A DNA stretch of 43,867 nucleotides from contig JANMNT010000015.1 in assembly GCA_031368465.1 (NCBI GenBank), positions 1-43,867 of the forward strand, given 5' to 3'. Made by a program: the position numbers and the translations under genes. This document shows positions 9,834-19,281 of the stretch, one piece after another; within the stretch, counting starts at the first letter, position 1, and each line of letters begins with the position of its first letter. Below the pieces are notes generated by a model. That model was given only the letters and a program-made list of their open reading frames with translations, was not told the origin of the DNA and made no database searches. Source of the DNA: Burkholderiales bacterium. GTDB taxonomy: Bacteria > Pseudomonadota > Gammaproteobacteria > Burkholderiales > Usitatibacteraceae.

Positions 9834-9876
9834 CAGGCATTTTGGGCTGAACATGTCCGCCGATATTGGTGTTTTT
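9808..9876 (+). repeat. 67-nt intergenic element, copy A
   Basis: It aligns without gaps to 25718.., 33091.. and 42579... The shared core is GTTTTCAGrC-N6-GyCTGAAnATGyCCGyCGATATTgGtGTTT. Confidence 0.8.
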
Positions 9877-9904
9877 AATTTGCAAAATCCCACTAGCACC
9901 GCCG

Positions 9905-10957
9905 TTATGTGATGGGCGCCGCCGACCGCACCGCCCAGCGCAGCCGCGCCGACGACGAACGCGGATTGCTGCGCTGCTCATCGGGTGACGGCCGGATCGG
10001 CTCAATCGCGACACTGGCAAAAATACCGGCGTCGAGATAACGCTGAAACGCCGTTTCAATGCGCCGGTCTTCACCAGAATGAAACGACAGTATCGCCACC
10101 CGGCCACCCGGCTTCACGCAACCTGGCAGTGCCGCCAAAAAACGATCGAGCACATCGAACTCATTATTGACTTCGATACGCAACGCCATGAAGGTGCGCG
10201 CCAGCGTTTTTTTGTGGTCATTTTTTTCCGGAAAATCTTTTAGCGAGGCGCGCACGTTTTCCGCCAACTGCCGCGTGGTGGTAATCGGTGCCTTGCTTTT
10301 TTTGATGCCCCAGGCAATACGCTCGGCGTGCGGCTCGTCGGCGTAGGTGGTGAGCAATGCCGCCAATTGGGGCGCGCTCAGTGTTTGCAACAGCGCCGAC
10401 GCCGGCTCACCACGTAATGGATTCAGTCGCAGATCGAGCGGGCCGTCGTGTTTGAACGAAAACCCTCGCAGCGGATTGTCGAGCTGCATCGACGACACCC
10501 CAAGGTCGGCGAGCAGGCAATCAAAACCGCCGCCCGCTTCCGGCAACAGTTGCGCAATGTCGGCAAAATTTAATTCGCGCACTACCAGCACGTCTTCACC
10601 AAATCCCAGTGCACGCAAACGCGCCTCGGTGCGCGGCCGCTCGAGTGAATCCACATCGGTGCCGAACAAGCGACCACCGGGCAACAAACGCGGCAGGATA
10701 CTTTGGGTGTGTCCGCCAAAGCCGAGCGTGACATCGAGCACCGTTTCGCCCGGCATCGGATTCAGAATCTGCAAAATTTCATCAACACAAATCGGCCGGT
10801 GTGTACCCGCCGGTGTCTGTCCGCGCGCAATCACCTTTTCGACATCGGCGGCGAACTTCTCGTGATTCAGCTCTTTGTATTTTTCTTCGAATTTGCGCGG
10901 ATGGGTGCCGCGATATCGTTTGCGACGAACATGCGGCTTCGGCGCCTCGGTGGTCAT
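9905..10957 (-). CDS. RsmH/MraW-family SAM-dependent (16S rRNA m4C1402-type) methyltransferase paralogue
   Basis: RsmH motifs are present: LGFGGHT, ADLGVSSMQLD, GPLDLRLNP, SFHSGEDR and NPRSSSARLR. A basic ~50-aa N-terminal extension precedes them. No mraZ/ftsL/dcw genes are adjacent. The ATG overlaps the upstream stop as ATGA (10954-10957). Confidence 0.75.
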   Translation of the reverse strand: MTTEAPKPHVRRKRYRGTHPRKFEEKYKELNHEKFAADVEKVIARGQTPAGTHRPICVDEILQILNPMPGETVLDVTLGFGGHTQSILPRLLPGGRLFGTDVDSLERPRTEARLRALGFGEDVLVVRELNFADIAQLLPEAGGGFDCLLADLGVSSMQLDNPLRGFSFKHDGPLDLRLNPLRGEPASALLQTLSAPQLAALLTTYADEPHAERIAWGIKKSKAPITTTRQLAENVRASLKDFPEKNDHKKTLARTFMALRIEVNNEFDVLDRFLAALPGCVKPGGRVAILSFHSGEDRRIETAFQRYLDAGIFASVAIEPIRPSPDEQRSNPRSSSARLRWAVRSAAPIT

Positions 10958-12585
10958 GCCGCCAGTTTGTTGATTGCTGCGTTGTGCGTCTGGTCGGCGC
11001 GAATCATTTCAGCCGCCTTTTCCGCAATCATGATGGTCGGCGCGTTGGTGTTGCCACCGATAAGCGTCGGCATGATGCTGGCGTCAACCACACGCAGGCC
11101 GTCGATGCCGTGCACTTTTAACGCACTGTCGACCACCGCCATCGCATCGTCGCCCATCTTGCAACTGCCGGACGGGTGGTAAACAGTATCGACGCGTGCC
11201 TGCAAAACGCGCCGGATGTCGTCGTCGGTGTTGACGTCTTTGGTGAACATGTTTTCAACATAACGCGATGCCAGCGACGGTGCGTTCATCAGTTTTTGCG
11301 TCAGCTTGTAGCCGGCAACCATTTGTGCGAGGTCGTCTTCGTCGGCCAGAAAGGCCGGGTCGATCAGCGGTGCGTCGGCGACATTCGCGCTGGCGAGCGC
11401 GATGGTGCCACGACTTTTCGGCCGCAGCAGACAGAAATGACACGACAGGCCGTGCCGGAAATTAAATTTGCGCGCGTGATCCTCGACCAGTGCCACCACA
11501 AAATGCAATTGGATGTCGGGTGCGACCGACTGCGGCGACAGCTTCAGAAACGCGCCGCCTTCGGCGTAGTTGGACGCAATCATGCCGCGCCGGTGTCGCA
11601 CATAACGCACAAACTCATGGAGCAGCCGCCAAGCGCCGGGCAGGGTAATACCGACCAGATCGAGACTCTTGACGGCATAACCAAAAATAAAATCAGGATG
11701 GTCCTGCAAATTTTTGCCGACGCCGGGCAGCTCGTGTGTCACGGCGATACCGTGTGCCTGCAATTCGCGGCCATCACCGATACCGGACAACATCAACAAT
11801 TGCGGCGAATGAATCGCACCGGCGCTGAGCAATACCTCACGACGGGCGTTTAGGATGACCTGCTCGCCGTTGAGTCGGATCGTTACGCCGGTTGCGCGTT
11901 TGTTCTGGATGTTGATTTTGACAACCTGGGTGCGGGTCATGACCGTCAGGTTGGGGCGCGAGCCATTCATGTGCGGATGCAAATAGGCGCGCGCGGCACT
12001 GCAGCGTTCGCCGTTGATTTGTGTGACCTGATAGATACCGACACCTTCCTGCGTTGCGCCGTTGAAATCGGTATTGAGCGGAAAGCCGGTCTCTATCGCC
12101 GCATCCAGAAAACGTTGTTGGAACGGATTGTCGGTGCGCAAATCAGCGACATTCAACGGACCACCCTGCCCGTGAAATTCGTCATGGATGCGTTCGTTGT
12201 TTTCCGCACGCTTAAAAAACGGCAAAACATCGTTGTAAGACCAGCCGGCATTGCCAAGTGATGCCCAATGATCGTAATCACTGCGGTCGCCGCGTGCATA
12301 CACCATGGCATTGATCGCCGACGAGCCACCCAGCCCGCGGCCGCGCGGCTGGTAACCGCGCCGCCCACCCAGACCGGGTTGCGGCACGGTTTCAAAACCG
12401 TAGTTGTTGATGTTGGTCGGCAGCATCGCGACCGCGCCGGTCGGTGCGCGTACCAGCCAGCTGCGCCCGTCGCCGCCGGTCTCGAGCAATGCCACTGTGA
12501 CGTCACGGTCTTCGCTCAAGCGCGCTGCCAATACCGTGCCGGCCGAGCCGCCGCCGATCACAATGTAATCAAACTGTTGTTCCAT
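10954..12585 (-). CDS. GMC family oxidoreductase (choline dehydrogenase-like)
   Basis: Starting at ATG 12585, MEQQFDYIVIGGGSAGTVLAARLSE is a typical GMC N-terminus. GMC signatures YHPSGSCKMG and VVDASIMPTLIGGNTNAPTIMIAEKAA are present. The track start 12657 adds 24 codons. Confidence 0.85.
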   Translation of the reverse strand: MEQQFDYIVIGGGSAGTVLAARLSEDRDVTVALLETGGDGRSWLVRAPTGAVAMLPTNINNYGFETVPQPGLGGRRGYQPRGRGLGGSSAINAMVYARGDRSDYDHWASLGNAGWSYNDVLPFFKRAENNERIHDEFHGQGGPLNVADLRTDNPFQQRFLDAAIETGFPLNTDFNGATQEGVGIYQVTQINGERCSAARAYLHPHMNGSRPNLTVMTRTQVVKINIQNKRATGVTIRLNGEQVILNARREVLLSAGAIHSPQLLMLSGIGDGRELQAHGIAVTHELPGVGKNLQDHPDFIFGYAVKSLDLVGITLPGAWRLLHEFVRYVRHRRGMIASNYAEGGAFLKLSPQSVAPDIQLHFVVALVEDHARKFNFRHGLSCHFCLLRPKSRGTIALASANVADAPLIDPAFLADEDDLAQMVAGYKLTQKLMNAPSLASRYVENMFTKDVNTDDDIRRVLQARVDTVYHPSGSCKMGDDAMAVVDSALKVHGIDGLRVVDASIMPTLIGGNTNAPTIMIAEKAAEMIRADQTHNAAINKLAA

Positions 12586-12757
12586 CACGCTGGTTCCATA
12601 AATTTCAACGGCTTTTTTATGCCGGCGCCACGATTTCACCAATGGCCGCCCGCCCATACCGATACGTTACACCGGATTGGCCGCTATCAGCCGTCAGCGC
12701 CCACCGCCTGTGCCTTTTATTCCACACCCGGGCGACCCATATACCAGCTGCAAACAG

Positions 12758-12802
12758 TTGATTTTTATCAAAAAACCGCAGCTAGCTGCGGCGTGAAATA
12801 AT
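12758..12802 (+). promoter_or_regulatory. putative operator/promoter region: two adjacent palindromes plus an extended -10
   Basis: TTGAT-tttt-ATCAA lies at 12758-12771. A perfect 16-bp palindrome CCGCAGCTAGCTGCGG lies at 12776-12791. TGaAATAAT at 12794-12802 fits an extended -10. This places a transcription start about 15-20 nt before ATG 12827 (SD AAGAGGAG at 12811-12818). Confidence 0.35.
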
Positions 12803-12826
12803 CACGCTTCAAGAGGAGTAATACGC

Positions 12827-14329
12827 ATGAGTCAATCCGCCCCGTCGTCAGCCTACAACGAACTGGTCAATACCTGGACGCGTTTGCATCACTTTGAACA
12901 CCTGCAGGCAATCGCCAGCTGGGATTGCTTCGCGCTGATGCCCGAGAACGGCAGCACCGCACGCGCCAATGCCATGGCGGAAATGGGCGGCTTGCTGCAC
13001 GGCATTCGCACCGACCCGCAACTGTCAAAAAATCTCAGCTTGGCAGCCGGCGAGTCACTCGACGATATGCAGCAGGCCAATCTGCGTGAAATGCGTCGTA
13101 ACTGGCGCAGCGCAAACGCGCTGCCTGCGGCGTTGGTGCAGGCACAATCGCTGGCCAATGCGCGCTGCGAACACGCGTGGCGCACCCAGCGCCCGGCCAA
13201 CGATTGGGCCGGCTTCCTCGGCAATTTTCGGGAGGTATTAAGACTCGCCCGCGAACAGGCGAAATATCTATCCGATGACAGCGGCCTTGGTTTGCACGAC
13301 GCGCTGATGGACAACTACGAGCCCGGTATGACAGGCGCAAAAATCGACCGGCTGTTCGGCGATTTGCAACAGTGGCTGCCGGATCTGGTGCGCAAAGTGC
13401 GCGCCAAGCAGGCGAAAGAAACGGTGATCGTGCCGGTCGGCCCGTTCCCCAAGTCCGGGCAATATGCGCTTGGTCTGGAAGTCATGAAGTTGCTCGGTTT
13501 TGATTTTTCCGCAGGGCGGCTCGATGAAAGTGCGCATCCGTTTTGCGGCGGCGTGCCGGAGGACACGCGCCTCACCACACGTTATATCGAGGATAGTTTT
13601 GTCGGCAGCCTGTGGGGTGTCATCCATGAAACCGGACACGGTCGATACGAACAAAATCTGCCGCGTGCATTGCTTGGTCAACCGGTTGCGTGGGCGCGCA
13701 GTGCCGGCATTCACGAAAGCCAGAGTCTGAGTTTTGAAATGCAAATCGGCATGAGCCGCGCATTTGTCGGCCTGTTGGCGCCGCGGTTGGTGGCGCAGTT
13801 TGGCGACCAGCCGGCGTTTGAGCCGGATAACCTGTTCCGCTGGTTGACGCGTGTGCAACCCGGCTTTATCCGCGTCGAGGCCGACGAGATGACTTATCCG
13901 CTGCACGTTATTTTGCGTTATGGCATCGAGCGCGATTTGATCGAAGGTCGTATGGAGGCAGAAGAAATTCCAGAACGTTGGGACAAGGCCATGGCCAACC
14001 TGCTCGATATCGACACACGCGGCAATTTCACCAACGGCTGTATGCAGGATGTGCATTGGGGCGAGGGATTGTTTGGTTATTTCCCGAGTTACACGCTCGG
14101 CGCCATGTATGCCGCGCAATGGTTCGCCACCATCCGCAAGGCGACACCGGATCTCGATCAGCGTATCGCACAGGGCGATTTGTCGCCGGCGTTTGACTGG
14201 TTGCAAAAAAACATCTGGCAGCACGGCAGCCGCTTTGACACCGACACGTTGGTGACCAGGGCCACCGGTGGCCCACTCGATGCGGCGCACTACCGGCGCC
14301 ACCTTGAATCGCGCTATCTAAACAGTTGA
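12827..14329 (+). CDS. M32 family carboxypeptidase (Taq-type metallocarboxypeptidase)
   Basis: M32 signatures are present: HPFCGG, DTRLTTRY, HETGHGRYE (HExxH), IHESQS and MQDVHWGEGLFGYFPSYTLG. A strong SD precedes the start. Confidence 0.9.
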   Translation: MSQSAPSSAYNELVNTWTRLHHFEHLQAIASWDCFALMPENGSTARANAMAEMGGLLHGIRTDPQLSKNLSLAAGESLDDMQQANLREMRRNWRSANALPAALVQAQSLANARCEHAWRTQRPANDWAGFLGNFREVLRLAREQAKYLSDDSGLGLHDALMDNYEPGMTGAKIDRLFGDLQQWLPDLVRKVRAKQAKETVIVPVGPFPKSGQYALGLEVMKLLGFDFSAGRLDESAHPFCGGVPEDTRLTTRYIEDSFVGSLWGVIHETGHGRYEQNLPRALLGQPVAWARSAGIHESQSLSFEMQIGMSRAFVGLLAPRLVAQFGDQPAFEPDNLFRWLTRVQPGFIRVEADEMTYPLHVILRYGIERDLIEGRMEAEEIPERWDKAMANLLDIDTRGNFTNGCMQDVHWGEGLFGYFPSYTLGAMYAAQWFATIRKATPDLDQRIAQGDLSPAFDWLQKNIWQHGSRFDTDTLVTRATGGPLDAAHYRRHLESRYLNS

Positions 14330-14363
14330 ATCTCCTGAAAACTTTTCTACCAAGGAATTTGCA

Positions 14364-15581
14364 ATGACGATTGGCGTTGGCGGTAAAACACAAGCGACAG
14401 CGTTGGCGGCGCTGACAAACATGACAGCGGGTGTCATACCCACTGGCACAGACGAATACCTGCAACGTATCAACAAGGCGCAAGCCTATATGCAGGCCAA
14501 TAACGTTTCTGCAATATGGGTGCACGCCGGCACCAACATGACCTATTTCACCGGCACCAAATGGCATCCGAGCGAACGCATGGTCGGCGCGATTATTCCG
14601 GCCAAGGGTGCGATCGAATACCTGGCACCCTACTTTGAACAAAACACGGTGCGCGATTACATGGTGCTCGACGGCCCTGTCAACGTCTGGCACGAACACG
14701 AAAACCCTTATCAGTTGTTTGTTGACACACTCAAACGCATGGGCTTGTCCGGCCGTGTCGGCATCAGTGAAGATACGCCGTTTTTTGTGGCCGATGGCAT
14801 TACGCAGTGTGATGCCGGCGTGCAACTGATCAACGGCAAGGCCGTCACCGCACATTGCCGCACGCAAAAATCCGCCAACGAAATTGCCCTGATGCAACGC
14901 GCGAAAAACATGACCGTCGAAGTGCACAAGGCGGCGGCGGGCATTTTACATGAGGGCATCAGCACCACCGAGGTGGCCGCATTCATCAACGAAGCACACA
15001 AACGCGTCGGCGCGGCGGGCTCATATTTTTGTATCGTCTTGTTTGGTCCGGCGTCGGCGTTTCCGCACGGCGTGAAAGACCCGCAACTGCTCAAACAAAA
15101 CGACATGGTGTTGATCGATACTGGCTGCCTCGTCGAAGGCTACATTTCCGATATCACCCGCACCTATGTGTTTGGTGAAGCCAACACGCACCAACGTGCG
15201 GTTTGGAATGCCGAAAAAACCGCACAGGCTGCCGCGTTTGCCGCCGCGCAACTGGGTGTGCCGTGCAAGGAGGTTGACGCCGCGGCGCGGCGCTCACTTG
15301 CGGCCAGCGGGTTTGGTCCCGGCTATGACCTGCCCGGACTGCCGCACCGCACCGGCCACGGCATTGGCATGGATATTCATGAATGGCCGTATCTGGTCGG
15401 TAGTGACAACACCCCGCTCGCCGAAGGCATGTGTTTCAGCAACGAGCCGATGATTTGTGTGCCGGGTGAATTTGGTATTCGTTTGGAAGATCATTTCTAC
15501 ATGACCACCTCGGGCCCCAAGTGGTTTACCACGCCGTCACACTCGGTAGACGACCCGTTTGGTTTGCAAGCGACCGCCTGA
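14364..15581 (+). CDS. M24 family metallopeptidase (Xaa-Pro dipeptidase/aminopeptidase P-like)
   Basis: There is a creatinase-like N-domain followed by M24 metal-ligand motifs ([38 protein letters not shown]). The start lies 34 nt after the M32 stop. Confidence 0.85.
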   Translation: MTIGVGGKTQATALAALTNMTAGVIPTGTDEYLQRINKAQAYMQANNVSAIWVHAGTNMTYFTGTKWHPSERMVGAIIPAKGAIEYLAPYFEQNTVRDYMVLDGPVNVWHEHENPYQLFVDTLKRMGLSGRVGISEDTPFFVADGITQCDAGVQLINGKAVTAHCRTQKSANEIALMQRAKNMTVEVHKAAAGILHEGISTTEVAAFINEAHKRVGAAGSYFCIVLFGPASAFPHGVKDPQLLKQNDMVLIDTGCLVEGYISDITRTYVFGEANTHQRAVWNAEKTAQAAAFAAAQLGVPCKEVDAAARRSLAASGFGPGYDLPGLPHRTGHGIGMDIHEWPYLVGSDNTPLAEGMCFSNEPMICVPGEFGIRLEDHFYMTTSGPKWFTTPSHSVDDPFGLQATA

Positions 15582-15625
15582 CGGTTTGCGCCGTCGCCAA
15601 CTATAAATCGAAAGCAAAAACCAAT

Positions 15626-16336
15626 ATGGCCACGCCGCACATCAACGCCCAGCCGGGCGACTTCGCCGAGACCGTACTCATGCCCGGCGATCCGCTGCGC
15701 GCACAATTTATCGCCGAGACCTGGCTCAAGGATGCCAAGCTGGTCAACACGGTGCGCAATATGTTTGGTTATACCGGCACCTATCAGGGCAAACCTGTAT
15801 CCGTGATGGCACACGGCATGGGTATTCCATCGTGCAGCATTTATGCGACCGAATTGATCAAGGACTACGGCGTCAAAAATATCATCCGGGTCGGTTCGTG
15901 TGGCGCGTTGATGAAAGACATCAAGCTCGGCGAGATCATCATTGCCATGGGCGCCTCGACCGACAGCAAGGTCAATCGCATGCGGCTGATGGACCATGAC
16001 TTTGCGGCGATTGCCGATTACGATTTGTTGCGCACGGCGGTGGATGTGGCGGACGCGCAAAACAAAAAGGTGCGGGTCGGCAACGTATTCTCCGCCGATC
16101 TGTTTTACACCCCGCAGCCGGAAATGTTCGACAAGCTGGAAAAAATGAATGTGCTGGCGGTTGAAATGGAGCTGGCCGGCATCTATGGTCTTGCCGCCGA
16201 ATACGGCGCGCGTGCGCTTGGGATTCTTACCGTATCCGACCATATCCGTACCGATGAACACATGAGTACCGATGAACGCCAGACCAGTTTTGGCGAAATG
16301 ATCACGCTAGCGCTTGATACCGCGATCAGGCTATAG
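15626..16336 (+). CDS. deoD: purine-nucleoside phosphorylase DeoD type
   Basis: [31 protein letters not shown]...[15 protein letters not shown]...VEMELAG is colinear with DeoD. Length is 236 aa from ATG 15626. The track start 15521 overlaps the upstream gene. Confidence 0.9.
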   Translation: MATPHINAQPGDFAETVLMPGDPLRAQFIAETWLKDAKLVNTVRNMFGYTGTYQGKPVSVMAHGMGIPSCSIYATELIKDYGVKNIIRVGSCGALMKDIKLGEIIIAMGASTDSKVNRMRLMDHDFAAIADYDLLRTAVDVADAQNKKVRVGNVFSADLFYTPQPEMFDKLEKMNVLAVEMELAGIYGLAAEYGARALGILTVSDHIRTDEHMSTDERQTSFGEMITLALDTAIRL

Positions 16337-16442
16337 GCTAACCAGCAGAGATTCGTCCGGCCCGACCGGCACGCGCGTCATCAGAATACGTCGGTTGGCA
16401 TGGAATTGGTCATGTTTCGCGGCGTGTATTGAACAGACGGGC

Positions 16443-17222
16443 TTAGACGCCACCACCGGCTTGCATCCCGAATTGCAACCATACGCCGCTGGCCAGATAG
16501 ATCACGCCCATGGTCATCACGGTCCATTGTGTCCATAACCGAAAATTGGTATCGGACATTTTTTCGAGCACACGTTTTGATAATGTCGTGCCGGTAAACG
16601 CCAACACCACGCAGGCAACCATTAACGGCACCGACAGCCCGGCGGTGGCGCTGCCCGCCACCATCACACCAATGCTGCCGAAATAAATAATTTTGATCAA
16701 ATGGCCCAATGTTTGCGACATCGCCTTGGTGGCGACCACACCGCGCCGGTCCATTTTTGAGCGCACAAAAAACACGTCGAGCAATGGCCCGGACACACCC
16801 GCCAGCAACTGCAGGCCGGTACAGAGCGTTCCGCACAACATCGGGTGGCCATGGTGATCGACATTCAGCGCAAGCCGGCTCGGCAGGGCAAAACTGATAA
16901 ATGGCGTCAGCCCCAATAAGATATATGCAACCGGCTTGCTCACCACAAATTGCACTGCGATAAATGCCGCCAATGCCAGCAAGGCACCGAGCGCATAACC
17001 ATAAAAAATGCGCCAATTGACGTGGCGTCGCCACAACCATGCGCGCCAGCCATTCGACGCCATTTGTGTGATGCCGTGCAACATCATCGCCGCCGACAGT
17101 GGCAGCAGCGCCAGCAGCACGCCCATCAAAATCATGCCGCCGGCCATGCCAAGAATGCCGGAAATAAAAGACGTGATCAGCACAGACACGGTGATACAGG
17201 CAAAAATCAGCGTGGATGACAT
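16443..17222 (-). CDS. TauE/SafE (DUF81) family anion exporter membrane protein
   Basis: The 259-aa protein is polytopic and hydrophobic, with the typical N-terminal FISGILGMAGGMILMGVL segment. Confidence 0.7.
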   Translation of the reverse strand: MSSTLIFACITVSVLITSFISGILGMAGGMILMGVLLALLPLSAAMMLHGITQMASNGWRAWLWRRHVNWRIFYGYALGALLALAAFIAVQFVVSKPVAYILLGLTPFISFALPSRLALNVDHHGHPMLCGTLCTGLQLLAGVSGPLLDVFFVRSKMDRRGVVATKAMSQTLGHLIKIIYFGSIGVMVAGSATAGLSVPLMVACVVLAFTGTTLSKRVLEKMSDTNFRLWTQWTVMTMGVIYLASGVWLQFGMQAGGGV

Positions 17223-17341
17223 GGTGGGTCCGTGAGATATATGCCTGTCGATTCTAGACGATTCCGTCTGCGGTCAGGCTTGGCACCACGCGACGTTGAG
17301 GTCTGATATTATTTTTGCACGTTAACCAGCCTGGGATAGCC

Positions 17342-17920
17342 ATGCAATCAACCGCAACCACCGTCAAGCAATATCTGGCCGAACTGCCCGACGACCGTCG
17401 CGCCGCGCTTGAGGCGCTGCGCAAAGTGATTCTGAAGAACCTCGACAAGGGTTATGAGGAAGGCATGCAATACGGGCATATTGCTTATTACGTGCCACAT
17501 AAGCTGTTCGCCGCCGGCTATCACTGCGACCCGAAACAACCGTTGCCGTTTGCAGCGCTGGCATCACAAAAAAATCATCTGGCAATTTATATGATGGGTG
17601 TTTATTGCGGCTGTGTCGACCGTGCCACTGGTGAGACCGCCGATGCCCGCTGGTTTCGTGATGCGTGGGCCAAAACCGGCAAAAAACTCGACATGGGCAA
17701 GGCGTGTGTGCGCTTCAAGAAACTCGATGACATTGCGCTGGATGTGGTGGGTGAGGCAATCAAACGCATTCCGTCTAAAGAATTCATTAGACGCTATCTG
17801 GAAGGGTTGGCAGACAAGGGCACAAAAACAGATGCTAAAGAACCGGTCGCCAAAAGTCCAGCGGCAAAAAAACCGACGGCGAAAAAGCTGGGAGCGAAGT
17901 CCGCGGCAAAACGTACCTGA
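17342..17920 (+). CDS. DUF1801 (YdhG-like) domain protein with a Lys/Ala/Pro-rich C-terminal tail
   Basis: ATG 17342 is preferred over the track start, which is a TTG. The DUF1801-like core reads TVKQYLAELPDDRRAALEALRKVI. The C-terminus AKEPVAKSPAAKKPTAKKLGAKSAAKRT resembles histone H1-like tails. Confidence 0.65.
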   Translation: MQSTATTVKQYLAELPDDRRAALEALRKVILKNLDKGYEEGMQYGHIAYYVPHKLFAAGYHCDPKQPLPFAALASQKNHLAIYMMGVYCGCVDRATGETADARWFRDAWAKTGKKLDMGKACVRFKKLDDIALDVVGEAIKRIPSKEFIRRYLEGLADKGTKTDAKEPVAKSPAAKKPTAKKLGAKSAAKRT

Positions 17921-17949
17921 CGGCCCCGGCGTCGCGTCGCAAACAACGG

Positions 17950-19281
17950 CTATTTTGCAGCGTCCGATTTCAGCGGCGCCAGCGCACCGGGGACATTGCC
18001 GAAATCAAAATCCCGCACAGCCAGCGCGCTGAGTGTGCCGAGTTGGCCGTAGAGCGGCAATATGTTGGTGCCTTCGTTGGGATATACCCGGTTGGAGAGA
18101 AACACGTAGAACGTTTTTGAATATGGGTCTATCCAGAGAATGCAGCCGGTAAACCCGGTATGACCAAAACTGCCAATCGGGAATACACTGCCGCGCGGTC
18201 TTGCAAACGGAGAATCGATATCGAACCCCAGCGCACGGCGCGCGGTCAGACCGGCGGGCGTTTGCACGGTGCGCATCAACTTGACGCTGGCGGGCGCAAG
18301 AATACGCACACCATCGAGTGCGCCATCACCGAGCAGCATGCGCGCAAAACGCGACAGGTCGGCGGCGGTGGTGAACAATCCTGCGTGGCCTGCCACGCCA
18401 CCCATCGCGCGCGCCGTCGGATCGTGAACCTCACCCTGCAGGGTTCGTTCGGCCCCCTCTTGTTTGATGATCTGCGTCGGTGCAATTCGCGCCGCCGGTA
18501 ATCGCAGCAAAGGCAGATAGCCGCTGTCGCGCATCGCCAACGGTGTGAAAATGCGCGTCTGCACAAATCGTTCCAGCGGCATTCCCGACACACGCGCAAC
18601 CAGATGCCCGAGCAAAATAAAATTAACGTCGGAGTAACGAAAAAACGCGCCGGGCGCATGTGTCGGGCGTTGGGCACAGGCGCGCGTGAGCGCCTCACCT
18701 GCGCCCTGCCATGTCGGACGCAGCGATAACCCGGCCGGTAAACCGGAGGTGTGGGTCAGCAAATGTCGAACGGAAATTTCGCCACGGCCATCGCCTGCAA
18801 ATTCCGGTAGGTAGGTCGACAGAGGTGCGTCAAGCAAGATTTGGCCGGCCTCGACCAACAGCATGATCGCCGGTGTGGTGGCGACCACTTTGGTCAGCGA
18901 GGCGGCGTCGAACACGGTGTGGGTTTCCATCGCACGCCCGGACAGGTCGTAGGTTTGACCGCCAAAGGCTTTTTCGACAATGATGCCGCCGTGTTGCAAA
19001 TAAAACACCGCACCGGGCATTTGTTTTCTGGCAATAAAATCCGCGATCGCCGTGTCAATTTCAGCCAACTTCGTCGCATCGAATGTCGTTTGTTTTTTTG
19101 TCGGCATATTAATGGCATCAGTGGCGGCAGCGGCACGGGTTGGGTCTTTCGCGTCGAGCTGATGGCAGCCCGTAGACGCAAATAGTGCGGCGCCCACCGC
19201 AAACCATGTCGCGGCCCTATTCCAATCCCAACCCCGACCCCGATGGCGGCGGAAAATAGCGAAGGTCGGGACGGCGGTCAT
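17950..19281 (-). CDS. serine hydrolase, beta-lactamase/transpeptidase-like family (class C/EstB-like), probably exported or lipoprotein
   Basis: Motifs present: S-x-x-K (DAASLTKV), YSD (FRYSDVNF) and HTGFTG. The N-terminus ends in ...LFASTGC, which is lipobox-like. The ATG immediately follows the mgtE stop (TAGATG). Confidence 0.8.
   Translation of the reverse strand: MTAVPTFAIFRRHRGRGWDWNRAATWFAVGAALFASTGCHQLDAKDPTRAAAATDAINMPTKKQTTFDATKLAEIDTAIADFIARKQMPGAVFYLQHGGIIVEKAFGGQTYDLSGRAMETHTVFDAASLTKVVATTPAIMLLVEAGQILLDAPLSTYLPEFAGDGRGEISVRHLLTHTSGLPAGLSLRPTWQGAGEALTRACAQRPTHAPGAFFRYSDVNFILLGHLVARVSGMPLERFVQTRIFTPLAMRDSGYLPLLRLPAARIAPTQIIKQEGAERTLQGEVHDPTARAMGGVAGHAGLFTTAADLSRFARMLLGDGALDGVRILAPASVKLMRTVQTPAGLTARRALGFDIDSPFARPRGSVFPIGSFGHTGFTGCILWIDPYSKTFYVFLSNRVYPNEGTNILPLYGQLGTLSALAVRDFDFGNVPGALAPLKSDAAK

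Noticed and set aside
13268-14927. Two long minus-strand ORFs (13268..14302 and 14028..14927) antisense to the M32 and M24 peptidase genes.
   Set aside because: The sense frames carry complete peptidase signatures, and the antisense translations have no motif content. This is typical of GC-rich shadow ORFs. The same reasoning applies to 11176..11853(+), 15497..16261(-), 16381..17040(-), 33884..34576(+), 35421..36221(+) and 39591..40061(+).
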